From a virus (lineage: Duplodnaviria; Caudoviricetes), in the IMG/VR virus record IMGVR_UViG_3300046772_000032, positions 1 to 32,768 of that record: a stretch of 32,768 nt of DNA. The stretch is one strand, 5' to 3'. Position numbers and translations under genes: made by a program. Under the pieces are notes generated by a model. The model searched no databases. It had not been told where the DNA came from and saw only the letters and a list, made by a program, of their open reading frames with translations. Shown here in pieces: positions 25,981-32,768 of this stretch; positions within the stretch are counted from its first letter, which is position 1, and each line of letters opens with the position of its first letter.

Positions 25981-26600
25981 AGGTCAACCGAGTAACGAAA
26001 GACTTGATCTTCGCTTCCGTATTTGACGACTCTTCCATCAATCAACTCAAAGGCAAAACATCCAGATCCCCATGGATCACCAAAATCGCCTGGTCCAAAT
26101 ACATCAGCAACCGCACGCTTCACTGGCTCATGCCAAGCATAATCATGCCCTGCAAGAACGCTATTTTTCTTCATCTTTGGAAGCCATGCAAGGATATCTT
26201 TTTTGCATCCCTCATAACTATGATCGCCGTCAATGAATACAAAGTCTACTGAGTTGTCTGCATAATCGTTAGCAGCAAGATAAGAGTCTTTTCGAATAGG
26301 ATTAATAACATGACGAACAGGAGCAATGTTCTCAAGAAATTTATTCATGAGTTCTTGACCAAGAAGATCTTGCCCTTCTGACAGATAGGCTGTATCGCTC
26401 CAGATGTCAATACAATCGAATTTGATTTGTTTTTCAGAATTTATGATCTCAACTGCCATGAACGCAGCCGACATTCCTTTCCAACTTCCGATCTCAACGA
26501 AATGACTTCCATCGGAGAACCTTGAAACCATTTCTTTATATAATCTTGGATAAGTAAACCAATTCTCGCCCATATGGGGTTCATGCCAAAAATGATCCAT
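25977..26600 (-). CDS. Class I SAM-dependent methyltransferase (Methyltransf_24-like)
   Basis: VEIGSWKGMS, CIDIW, DFVFIDGDHSYE, LAGHDY. Confidence 0.88.
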   Translation of the reverse strand: MDHFWHEPHMGENWFTYPRLYKEMVSRFSDGSHFVEIGSWKGMSAAFMAVEIINSEKQIKFDCIDIWSDTAYLSEGQDLLGQELMNKFLENIAPVRHVINPIRKDSYLAANDYADNSVDFVFIDGDHSYEGCKKDILAWLPKMKKNSVLAGHDYAWHEPVKRAVADVFGPGDFGDPWGSGCFAFELIDGRVVKYGSEDQVFRYSVDL

Positions 26601-26603
26601 AAA

Positions 26604-27005
26604 TTATGCCTCTTTCTTTTTCTTTCCGATTGTATATTTGGAGACTAATTGCCACTGACTCTTATCCTTAAATGGAAGAATCTTAATCTGCGAAAGTGGC
26701 GCAACATTGTCTTTTGTTTTATCTGGACTTACAAGTTTCACAAGACCCCATTCTGCCATTAGATTCGCGATTGTATTTCTTCGCTGTAAATCGTTTTCAG
26801 AAATGTTGCTTGGCTTACCATCCAACTCAAAGAGTTCTTTGAAGTGGACGATGTAATACTTTCCCTGTTTATGGAGAATATGGCAAGATTGGTAAAGAAT
26901 GTTATCGTTCTTTGCCGCGACTCCGATACGAGTTAGAGTTTCTCGCACCTTTAAGAAATCATCCTGTTTATCAAGTGTAACTTCAATCAATTTTTCAACG
27001 CTCAT
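26604..27005 (-). CDS. regA: Translational repressor RegA
   Basis: DDFLKVRETLTRIG...LYQSCHILHKQGKYYIVHFKELFELDG...RRNTIA. Confidence 0.97.
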   Translation of the reverse strand: MSVEKLIEVTLDKQDDFLKVRETLTRIGVAAKNDNILYQSCHILHKQGKYYIVHFKELFELDGKPSNISENDLQRRNTIANLMAEWGLVKLVSPDKTKDNVAPLSQIKILPFKDKSQWQLVSKYTIGKKKKEA

Positions 27006-27009
27006 GTTA

Positions 27010-27387
27010 TCATCCTTTGAATAATTTTTTTCTTAACATAGCGATTTGTTCATCATTAAGTATCTTTAAAGCCTCTGCAGCCTTTGAATCTGAATAGCCA
27101 TAATACTCTTTGATTACGTCCAAATCATTGTTTTCTGCCTTTTTAAACCATTTTGAGTATGGTCTTTTTGAGGCTCGAACAATATTTAGGAGAAAGTCAT
27201 ACTTCATCTTATTATCAAGGCTGGAGAAACGATTCATCTCGTTGGCGAATAGAATCGTATCTCGATGATACGAGAGCGCACGATTCACCATGAATGCAGG
27301 GTAGGATCGTTCGTCTTGATCTGTGAGAAGAGCGTACTGCTTTGTTTGCAGAATAGACGGAATCAGTTCTTTAAATAGATCAGCCAT
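27010..27387 (-). CDS. gp62: Clamp loader small subunit (T4 gp62)
   Basis: YPAFMVNRALS...ANEMN...IKEYYGYSDSKA; lies upstream of regA. Confidence 0.93.
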   Translation of the reverse strand: MADLFKELIPSILQTKQYALLTDQDERSYPAFMVNRALSYHRDTILFANEMNRFSSLDNKMKYDFLLNIVRASKRPYSKWFKKAENNDLDVIKEYYGYSDSKAAEALKILNDEQIAMLRKKLFKG

Positions 27388-27967
27388 TTGAGTGCTCTAA
27401 TAGAAGATTATAATTCATACAGTATTCATTATGAAATTTTTGATCATCTGCAGCGATTGCATACTTCGTACCAGAAGTATTCTGGTGCCAGTATTCAAGT
27501 AAACGATCAATCGGAATTATCCAATAAATCAGTTCTTTTGAATTCAACTTGTCAATGTAAGATCGTTCTGTAACGACTGCACATACAATAAATTTAATGT
27601 TTTCTTTAAAGTAATAAAAGGCATCATTTTCGTACATGTCAAATATCCACGAATTTTTTTTAGTTTTTGCTTTATTACCTTTTTTATTCATACCATTTAC
27701 GTTAAAACATGCACTTGTTTTAACTTGAACACATATTGTTTTATTCATCTTTGAATTGAAGATGGTAAAGTCATATGGAAGTTTATACTGCGTGACATCT
27801 GATATGATCAGTCCAGATCGTTCATATAAATCAAGTTGAATTGCTTTTATTGTGAGCGATTCACGCATTTCTCCAGCAAGATCACTTGTTGGTTTTTTCT
27901 CTTCTTTAAAATAATATTTTTGTCCAATTTGAATTGGTCCAAGTTCCTGTTCAATTGCAGTCATCAT
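27380..27967 (-). CDS. PD-(D/E)XK endonuclease, probable free-standing homing endonuclease
   Basis: GEMRE helix, LPYDF and VQVKT motif; very AT-rich; separates gp44 from gp62. Confidence 0.7.
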   Translation of the reverse strand: MMTAIEQELGPIQIGQKYYFKEEKKPTSDLAGEMRESLTIKAIQLDLYERSGLIISDVTQYKLPYDFTIFNSKMNKTICVQVKTSACFNVNGMNKKGNKAKTKKNSWIFDMYENDAFYYFKENIKFIVCAVVTERSYIDKLNSKELIYWIIPIDRLLEYWHQNTSGTKYAIAADDQKFHNEYCMNYNLLLEHSNG

Positions 27968-28899
27968 GTAAATTTACACTCTGCCATTAGTTCAGTGAGA
28001 CATGCAGTTAGATTGAGTTCTTGATCTCCAACAAAGGCTGATTGATATTGATACCTTGCCAGAATTACAACAGCATTTGGAATTGTAGATTTATCCATCA
28101 CATCATAGAGACTATCATAAACTCTACGATACATTCTTGATGGATCTTCAACGCCATTCTCTGCAACCCACTTTCGCATTGAGCCAAAGTTCTGATCCTT
28201 GAGTGCGGTTACAAGTTCAGTGATTGAAACATCAGTCAGACTTGTTAAGATACCAGCATCAATCTTACCACTGACAGAATATCGCTGAAGTTCATTTAGA
28301 ACACGACGATAATCTGGAAAGTGTTTCTTGACAACTTCAGCAAGGACTGCTTTGTCATATGGGATCTTCTCAGCAGTGAGAATCTCCGCAGTGCGCTTCA
28401 TAAATGCCATTGCCATTTTTGGCTTATCTTCTTTGCGCAGTTTGAATTCAATTACAGCGCATCGAGAATGCAACGGTTCAATGATGCGACTCTTATAATT
28501 GCAAGTCATGATGAACGTACAATTAAGAGCAAACTCCTCCATTGCAGCACGCATGGCTGGCTGAGTGGAGTTTGGATTTAGATAGTCTGCCTCATCAATG
28601 ATGATAACCTTCTTTGTTCCTGTGAAGGACATTGAGGAGGCATAGTTTTTAATTTTGGTGCGGAATGTATCAATACCAGATTCATCTGATCCGTTTACGA
28701 ACAAGTAATCGCAACCAACCTGCTCACAGAGTGCTTTTGCAATTGTTGTTTTACCAACACCTGCGCCACCACAAAGAAGCAAATGCGGAATCTCTTTTCG
28801 ATCCACATAAGATTGGAAAGTAGATTTAAATTCGTCAGGGAGGATACAATCAGCAACAGTCCGTGGTCGATACTTTTCAACCCAGAGCAAATCATTCAT
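27964..28899 (-). CDS. gp44: Clamp loader AAA+ subunit (T4 gp44)
   Basis: LWVEKYRP, GGAGVGKTT, IIDEAD, PLHSRC, FPDYRR. Confidence 0.97.
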   Translation of the reverse strand: MNDLLWVEKYRPRTVADCILPDEFKSTFQSYVDRKEIPHLLLCGGAGVGKTTIAKALCEQVGCDYLFVNGSDESGIDTFRTKIKNYASSMSFTGTKKVIIIDEADYLNPNSTQPAMRAAMEEFALNCTFIMTCNYKSRIIEPLHSRCAVIEFKLRKEDKPKMAMAFMKRTAEILTAEKIPYDKAVLAEVVKKHFPDYRRVLNELQRYSVSGKIDAGILTSLTDVSITELVTALKDQNFGSMRKWVAENGVEDPSRMYRRVYDSLYDVMDKSTIPNAVVILARYQYQSAFVGDQELNLTACLTELMAECKFT

Positions 28900-28917
28900 A
28901 ATAAAAATTCCTCACAA

Positions 28918-29229
28918 TTATTCAGTTACTATCTTACGCCATTTCCCATTAATTTTCAAGTACATTTCACCGTCTGGTCCGACATTCATTCCAACATTAA
29001 CATCCTTTCTTGTACCAGGAACATATCGTGGTTCACGTATGAACATATGATCTGGAAGTCTTTGACCATAAGTTTGCTGGAATTGTATATTGCTCATGGT
29101 TTTGTCAAGTTTCTTTACACACTCTGTTTTTTCAGGATCTGGTAAAACGGCTGCAGCGGCAACAATGCCACCACCAGCCACGCCACCAGCAAGACCAAGA
29201 TACTTGAAGAAATTACGCCTTGTTGCCAT
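28918..29229 (-). CDS. Twin-arginine (Tat) signal protein, 103 aa
   Basis: MATRRNFFKYLGLAGGVAGGGIVAAAA; AGGAGA RBS before the ATG at 29229. Confidence 0.75.
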   Translation of the reverse strand: MATRRNFFKYLGLAGGVAGGGIVAAAAVLPDPEKTECVKKLDKTMSNIQFQQTYGQRLPDHMFIREPRYVPGTRKDVNVGMNVGPDGEMYLKINGKWRKIVTE

Positions 29230-29386
29230 CGTTTTTTCTCCTTTGCCACTGATCATACGCCACCTCAGCACCCATTGAAAGTAGAATACCATAGATTCCG
29301 TAACTGGAATCCCAACCAACAAAAGTGGAGGCAATTGTATAGACAGCAAATGCTATAATCAGCACTGCGAAAAAGATATCTTTCAT
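29213..29386 (-). CDS. 57-aa membrane protein
   Basis: Hand translation MKDIFFAVLIIAFAVYTIASTFVGWDSSYGIYGILLSMGAEVAYDQWQRRKNDGNKA; GAGG RBS. Confidence 0.7.
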   Translation of the reverse strand: MKDIFFAVLIIAFAVYTIASTFVGWDSSYGIYGILLSMGAEVAYDQWQRRKNDGNKA

Positions 29387-29405
29387 AATAACCTCAAAGA
29401 GAAGA

Positions 29406-29479
29406 TGGGGTGGGGAAGGTGAACTCCCACAGCGAGCAGTCTGGCGGATTGTGCCGTCAACAAAGAACGTTGCACCCCA
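29406..29479 (-). ncRNA. Candidate structured RNA with a perfect four-way junction
   Basis: UGGGGUG/CACCCCA closes three abutting 5-bp hairpins; GC-rich and intergenic; begins about 8 nt after TAAATA. Confidence 0.6.
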
Positions 29480-29485
29480 ACAGAC

Positions 29486-29737
29486 TTATTTAGCCACCGT
29501 TTCGTAGATCTCCACGAAGTCGTTCTGGCTTGCAACTTCTTCTTCAAAGTTGCGCTTGTGATAAGTCTTCGCCAGTTTACGAGAGAGTTTCTTTGGAAGT
29601 TCGAACTCATCCTGCATTCTTTGCAGAATATCTTTGATGAGGTCTCGTTCTGCCTCAATACGAGTGAGAGAATTTGAAATTTCTTGGAGACATCCCAGAA
29701 TCTTTACTTTGTCACCATCTTTAATAGTCATGATCAC
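29486..29737 (-). CDS. dsbA: T4-type double-stranded DNA-binding protein DsbA
   Basis: EISNSLTRIEAERDLIKDI...LAKTYHKRNFEEE...FVEIYE; this is the phage DsbA, not the disulfide oxidase. Confidence 0.8.
   Translation of the reverse strand: MIMTIKDGDKVKILGCLQEISNSLTRIEAERDLIKDILQRMQDEFELPKKLSRKLAKTYHKRNFEEEVASQNDFVEIYETVAK
29487..29492 (-). promoter_or_regulatory. T4-type late promoter (TAAATA)
   Basis: CTAAATA overlaps the dsbA stop codon, directly before the structured RNA. Confidence 0.55.
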
Positions 29738-30405
29738 TCCTCAAAAGAAGAATCTGCAACATCAACAGCAATGAAGTATGACAGATTGATTGTCTTGTGT
29801 TTGAACTTGGAGATGCCTCGCTTTGATACAGAAACCTCATAATCGCCATCAAGCAACTTGAAGTGCTCTGCTTTCATCACAACGCGGAACTTCTTACCGT
29901 CGCCAGTTCCAATCTCAATCTTGGAATGATCTGCTGCATTGTTCTTGACATCTGTTGCAATAAAGTTTACAACAGCACCGTCGCTCTCAAACACAAAGTT
30001 TGGCAATCCAGAGATGCTGGCAGACTTACGCATCCAATCAAGATCAGCATGCGAAAGAACAAACGAGCAATCTGCTTCTGTGATAGAGATACTCTTTGCA
30101 GGTGGCTTGGTCAGCAATTCTGGCGCACAATAATGAATATAGTCTCGCTTGCGGTCAGCCTGAATGTTGATGCGATCTACATCGAAAGAAAGATCAGCAT
30201 CCTTGTAAAGAGAGAGTTTTGCAAGGAGTTTTGTCAGATCATAAATGCAAAAATCCTTTTCGAATGTTTCATCAAGAACTGCTTCTGCGAAGATTGTCTT
30301 ACCTGCAGAAATTGTACGGAGCGAATTACCCTGTTTGAATTCAATACTCTGGTTGATACCAGAGAAGTTTTTCAAGATGTTCAACGTATTATCAGAAAGT
30401 TTCAT
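29734..30405 (-). CDS. gp45: Sliding clamp (T4 gp45)
   Basis: MKLSDNTLNILKNFSGINQSI...FCIYDL...KLLDGDYEV...YFIA; GAGG RBS before 30405. Confidence 0.95.
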   Translation of the reverse strand: MKLSDNTLNILKNFSGINQSIEFKQGNSLRTISAGKTIFAEAVLDETFEKDFCIYDLTKLLAKLSLYKDADLSFDVDRINIQADRKRDYIHYCAPELLTKPPAKSISITEADCSFVLSHADLDWMRKSASISGLPNFVFESDGAVVNFIATDVKNNAADHSKIEIGTGDGKKFRVVMKAEHFKLLDGDYEVSVSKRGISKFKHKTINLSYFIAVDVADSSFEE

Positions 30406-31057
30406 AATTAACGACCTCATTTGCCTCAACACGATTATTATAAATCGAATCAACTATATTGTCAACTCGAATTTTCAACTCATCCAATGTACAATTATTG
30501 TCCATTACAATATCATAGTTAGATCCAATCCAAGCCCATTCTGAATAATGAACTTCTGGATATGCGTTACGCATCACTTCTTGTTGAACACGTCCCAGAT
30601 TGCAGTCTCGAGCAAGATCATACCACTCAGGATCAGGACCACGACGAACGCGAATAACACACCCACCAGAATCTCGAATAGCCTTGATCTCATTTGGGAA
30701 TCTCACATCAGCAATAACATAATATTGACTAGGTTTGCATCGCCTTAACACAGTATGAACCCAGAGGTCAGGGTGAAATACATCACGACCTGCCTCTGTG
30801 CCCATTAGCTGGAGTGCTAATCTTGGTGAGAATTCGCGACCAAGTTTTTCTGACCACCACTCATCTTTTTGCTCGCGCCATGCTCGCGATTCTAAAGAGT
30901 CGCCTTCAAGCAAACCACGATTCCAACCAAAGATTGTAGCGCAGGCATCTTTGACGCTGTTAGCAAAACTTTCTTTAATGAAAGCATGCCGCTCAACCAA
31001 GAGATCTGCGACTGTACCTTTCCCTGCTCCAATGAAGCCTACTAGACCAATAATCAT
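30392..31057 (-). CDS. gp1: Deoxynucleoside monophosphate kinase (T4 gp1-like)
   Basis: IIGLVGFIGAGKGT, SFANSVKD, PRLALQLMGTE, IADVRFPNE, HYSE. Confidence 0.92.
   Translation of the reverse strand: MIIGLVGFIGAGKGTVADLLVERHAFIKESFANSVKDACATIFGWNRGLLEGDSLESRAWREQKDEWWSEKLGREFSPRLALQLMGTEAGRDVFHPDLWVHTVLRRCKPSQYYVIADVRFPNEIKAIRDSGGCVIRVRRGPDPEWYDLARDCNLGRVQQEVMRNAYPEVHYSEWAWIGSNYDIVMDNNCTLDELKIRVDNIVDSIYNNRVEANEVVNYETF
30437..30465 (-). promoter_or_regulatory. Perfect-consensus sigma70 promoter for gp45, embedded in the dNMP kinase gene
   Basis: TTGACA (30465-30460), 17 bp, TATAAT (30442-30437). Confidence 0.8.
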
Positions 31058-31063
31058 ATGAAA

Positions 31064-31879
31064 TTATAGAGATCCGACGAAATTTGCAACGGCTGGCATA
31101 TCACCAGTAAAGGCATATGTTCCGATGTGGTGTGTGCGCATCCAAGGACACAACCAGATCTTACCACCAATATTTCTCCACCATTGGCAGAACATATAGT
31201 CTTCAGACAGATAACGATCTGATCCCTTGCCACCATTTGCTTTGCTGTCAATCACAGTATCGAAATAGGCATGAATGTAACGCGAGCCATCGAAGTTTGC
31301 TTGACCAACATGATCTGGCTTATAACGAAGTTTCGGATAGGCTTTTTCAAACTTCTCAAACACTTCACGCTTAATCAACATGAAGCCAGTGCCAATCTCA
31401 AGAACTTCAACTGGCTCTGCGACAGAGAACTTCTCGGTGCCAGGAACTGGATTGAAGACGAAATCACCAGCGAGTTTTTCTAATTCAGAAACAGGAATGT
31501 CTGGATTTTTGGCAATACCTTCTTTAATTGCGCTCCATTTAATTGATTTCTTTGGATATGGACCACCAATGATTTCCTTATCCAAAGCAAGAAGTGCAAT
31601 CACATCGCGCGGATCGAAATGAATGTCAGCATCAAGAAACAACATGTGAGTAAAACCTTCTGCACGAAGGAACTCATCTGCCAGATAGTTTCGAGCGCGA
31701 GTAATTAATGATTCATTGAAGATAAAAGAATATCGAACTTCAATGCCATAATTTGAGCAGAGAGTCTGCAAGTCAAGACACGACTTCACAAACATACCAT
31801 GCGCCATACCACCATACATTGGTGTTGCGACAAAAAGTTTCTTTTTGCGCAAATCTTCTACTTTAACTTCTAACTGCAT
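31064..31879 (-). CDS. GT-A fold glycosyltransferase-like protein
   Basis: VATPMYGG, SLITRARN, THMLFLDAD (DXD), GTGFMLI, LSEDYMFC. Confidence 0.8.
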   Translation of the reverse strand: MQLEVKVEDLRKKKLFVATPMYGGMAHGMFVKSCLDLQTLCSNYGIEVRYSFIFNESLITRARNYLADEFLRAEGFTHMLFLDADIHFDPRDVIALLALDKEIIGGPYPKKSIKWSAIKEGIAKNPDIPVSELEKLAGDFVFNPVPGTEKFSVAEPVEVLEIGTGFMLIKREVFEKFEKAYPKLRYKPDHVGQANFDGSRYIHAYFDTVIDSKANGGKGSDRYLSEDYMFCQWWRNIGGKIWLCPWMRTHHIGTYAFTGDMPAVANFVGSL

Positions 31880-31881
31880 AA

Positions 31882-32463
31882 TTATTCACTCCAGATATAA
31901 AATTTTCTAATATTGTCAATGATCTTTGCCTGATCATCGAGGTTTTCGTTGACCATTGTTTCTATATAGTCCATGAGTGTCAACGACCCCATGATGTTTG
32001 AGATTTTCGTTGCTCGCGAATTCTTAAACTTATCATCTTGATCATCCTTACGATCCACATGACGTTGTTCTTTTGTATCATGCGATGCAGTCAGAACAAG
32101 AACCTTAAACGAATTCGGAAACCACTCTGACAGTTTGTCTAAAAGTTTACCATTGAACAAACGATCACCTTCGAAGATTACATTCACTGAATGATCATTT
32201 GCGTTTGATTCATATTCAAGAGCGCTGAAGAATTTTTCTGCATCAGGTTGCACTGCCATGCTCAAACGATCTGTTCCTTGAAACACATTTCCATCGTTCA
32301 CATATTTGCCAAGAATATACAGATTGAGTTTCTTAGAGTACATTGCGTCCAACAGTTTCTCTGGCTTCACAATCTGCCAATCATCAGCCATTGAAATCAA
32401 TTTAAACATCAACGTGGTCTTGCCAGTTGCTGGCTCGCCACCCATTGCAATCACCTTTACCAT
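31882..32463 (-). CDS. P-loop nucleotide kinase, probable 5-hydroxymethyluracil DNA kinase
   Basis: GGEPATGKTT, LGKY...FQGTDRL, FEGDRL; coupled to the aGPT-Pplase2-like gene. Confidence 0.7.
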   Translation of the reverse strand: MVKVIAMGGEPATGKTTLMFKLISMADDWQIVKPEKLLDAMYSKKLNLYILGKYVNDGNVFQGTDRLSMAVQPDAEKFFSALEYESNANDHSVNVIFEGDRLFNGKLLDKLSEWFPNSFKVLVLTASHDTKEQRHVDRKDDQDDKFKNSRATKISNIMGSLTLMDYIETMVNENLDDQAKIIDNIRKFYIWSE

Positions 32464-32768
32464 AATGCCTCCAATCCTTCTTTCACTGGTTCTTCATCTT
32501 GAAACATCCAGTCTAGTCTTTCTATTCTACCTGTTCTCAGATAAAAAGTAAACTTTTCCTTGTTAATTTTAGCATTGCGAATTGCAAGCCTTGGATCAAG
32601 TGTTTCATTTCTTGCTTGCCATAACACATTCCATTCAATGCCATTCCAGTCATCCTTTTCTGCTTGCTGAATTTCTTCAGACTGACGATCAAGATAGTAA
32701 CCAAGATAACGCCCATGATGCTCACGAAAGATTTTCTTGAATGAACACAAACAAGTTTCCATCGTGAA
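32457..32768 (-). CDS. C-terminal part of an amino acid:DNA transferase (aGPT-Pplase2-like); 5' end outside the window
   Basis: ETCLCSFKK...RYLGYYLDRQ...W..LWQAR motif; the reading frame is open to the window edge. Confidence 0.7.
   Translation of the reverse strand, partial: FTMETCLCSFKKIFREHHGRYLGYYLDRQSEEIQQAEKDDWNGIEWNVLWQARNETLDPRLAIRNAKINKEKFTFYLRTGRIERLDWMFQDEEPVKEGLEALW

Noticed and set aside
29230-29349. N-terminal extension of the 143-aa ORF
   Set aside because: A strong RBS and the Tat motif support the start at 29229, and the region is occupied by a 57-aa gene in another frame.
29406-29479. Canonical tRNA gene or simple intrinsic terminator
   Set aside because: No D-loop GG, no 7-nt anticodon loop and no GTTCRA T-loop; it is multibranched and has no clean U-tract. 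Kept as an unclassified RNA candidate.
115-32551. Numerous plus-strand ORFs in the track (e.g. 725-1276, 12808-13314, 23561-24289, 29863-30411)
   Set aside because: They lie antisense to well-supported minus-strand genes that already tile the window, and show no recognisable motifs.
1-32768. Stop-codon reassignment, as in some large phages
   Set aside because: Core genes are full length in the standard code, and TAA, TAG and TGA all end genes at tight junctions.

Overview
This is a 32.8-kb segment of a large T4-like (myovirus-type) dsDNA phage genome. Essentially all genes are on the minus strand, tightly packed, in the standard genetic code. In transcription order (right to left): a probable thymidine-hypermodification pair (amino acid:DNA transferase/aGPT-Pplase2 C-terminus plus a P-loop 5hmU-type kinase), a GT-A glycosyltransferase and dNMP kinase; the replication block (gp45, DsbA, gp44, an inserted PD-(D/E)XK nuclease, gp62, RegA); a SAM methyltransferase, dUTPase, Hsp20 and dCMP deaminase; a hypervariable cluster of small genes driven by two repeated promoters; a 2OG-Fe(II) oxygenase plus three glycosyltransferases; gp43, UvsX, a gp40-like gene and gp41; an HEXXH protein and a second nuclease; a three-gene dTDP-rhamnose pathway; a probably late-expressed cluster of putative internal head proteins and polyproteins; and a lysis cassette ending in a GH19 endolysin. 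The most notable observations are (i) a 74-nt intergenic perfect four-way-junction RNA directly behind a late-promoter motif, (ii) modular proteins punctuated by prohead-protease-type Glu motifs, one carrying nucleotidyltransferase and kinase domains next to a ligase-like protein, (iii) IHF-box leaderless promoter repeats, (iv) a ROSE-like thermometer ahead of hsp20, and (v) a phage-encoded Tat substrate. Family assignments come from recognising motifs by eye; no searches were run.
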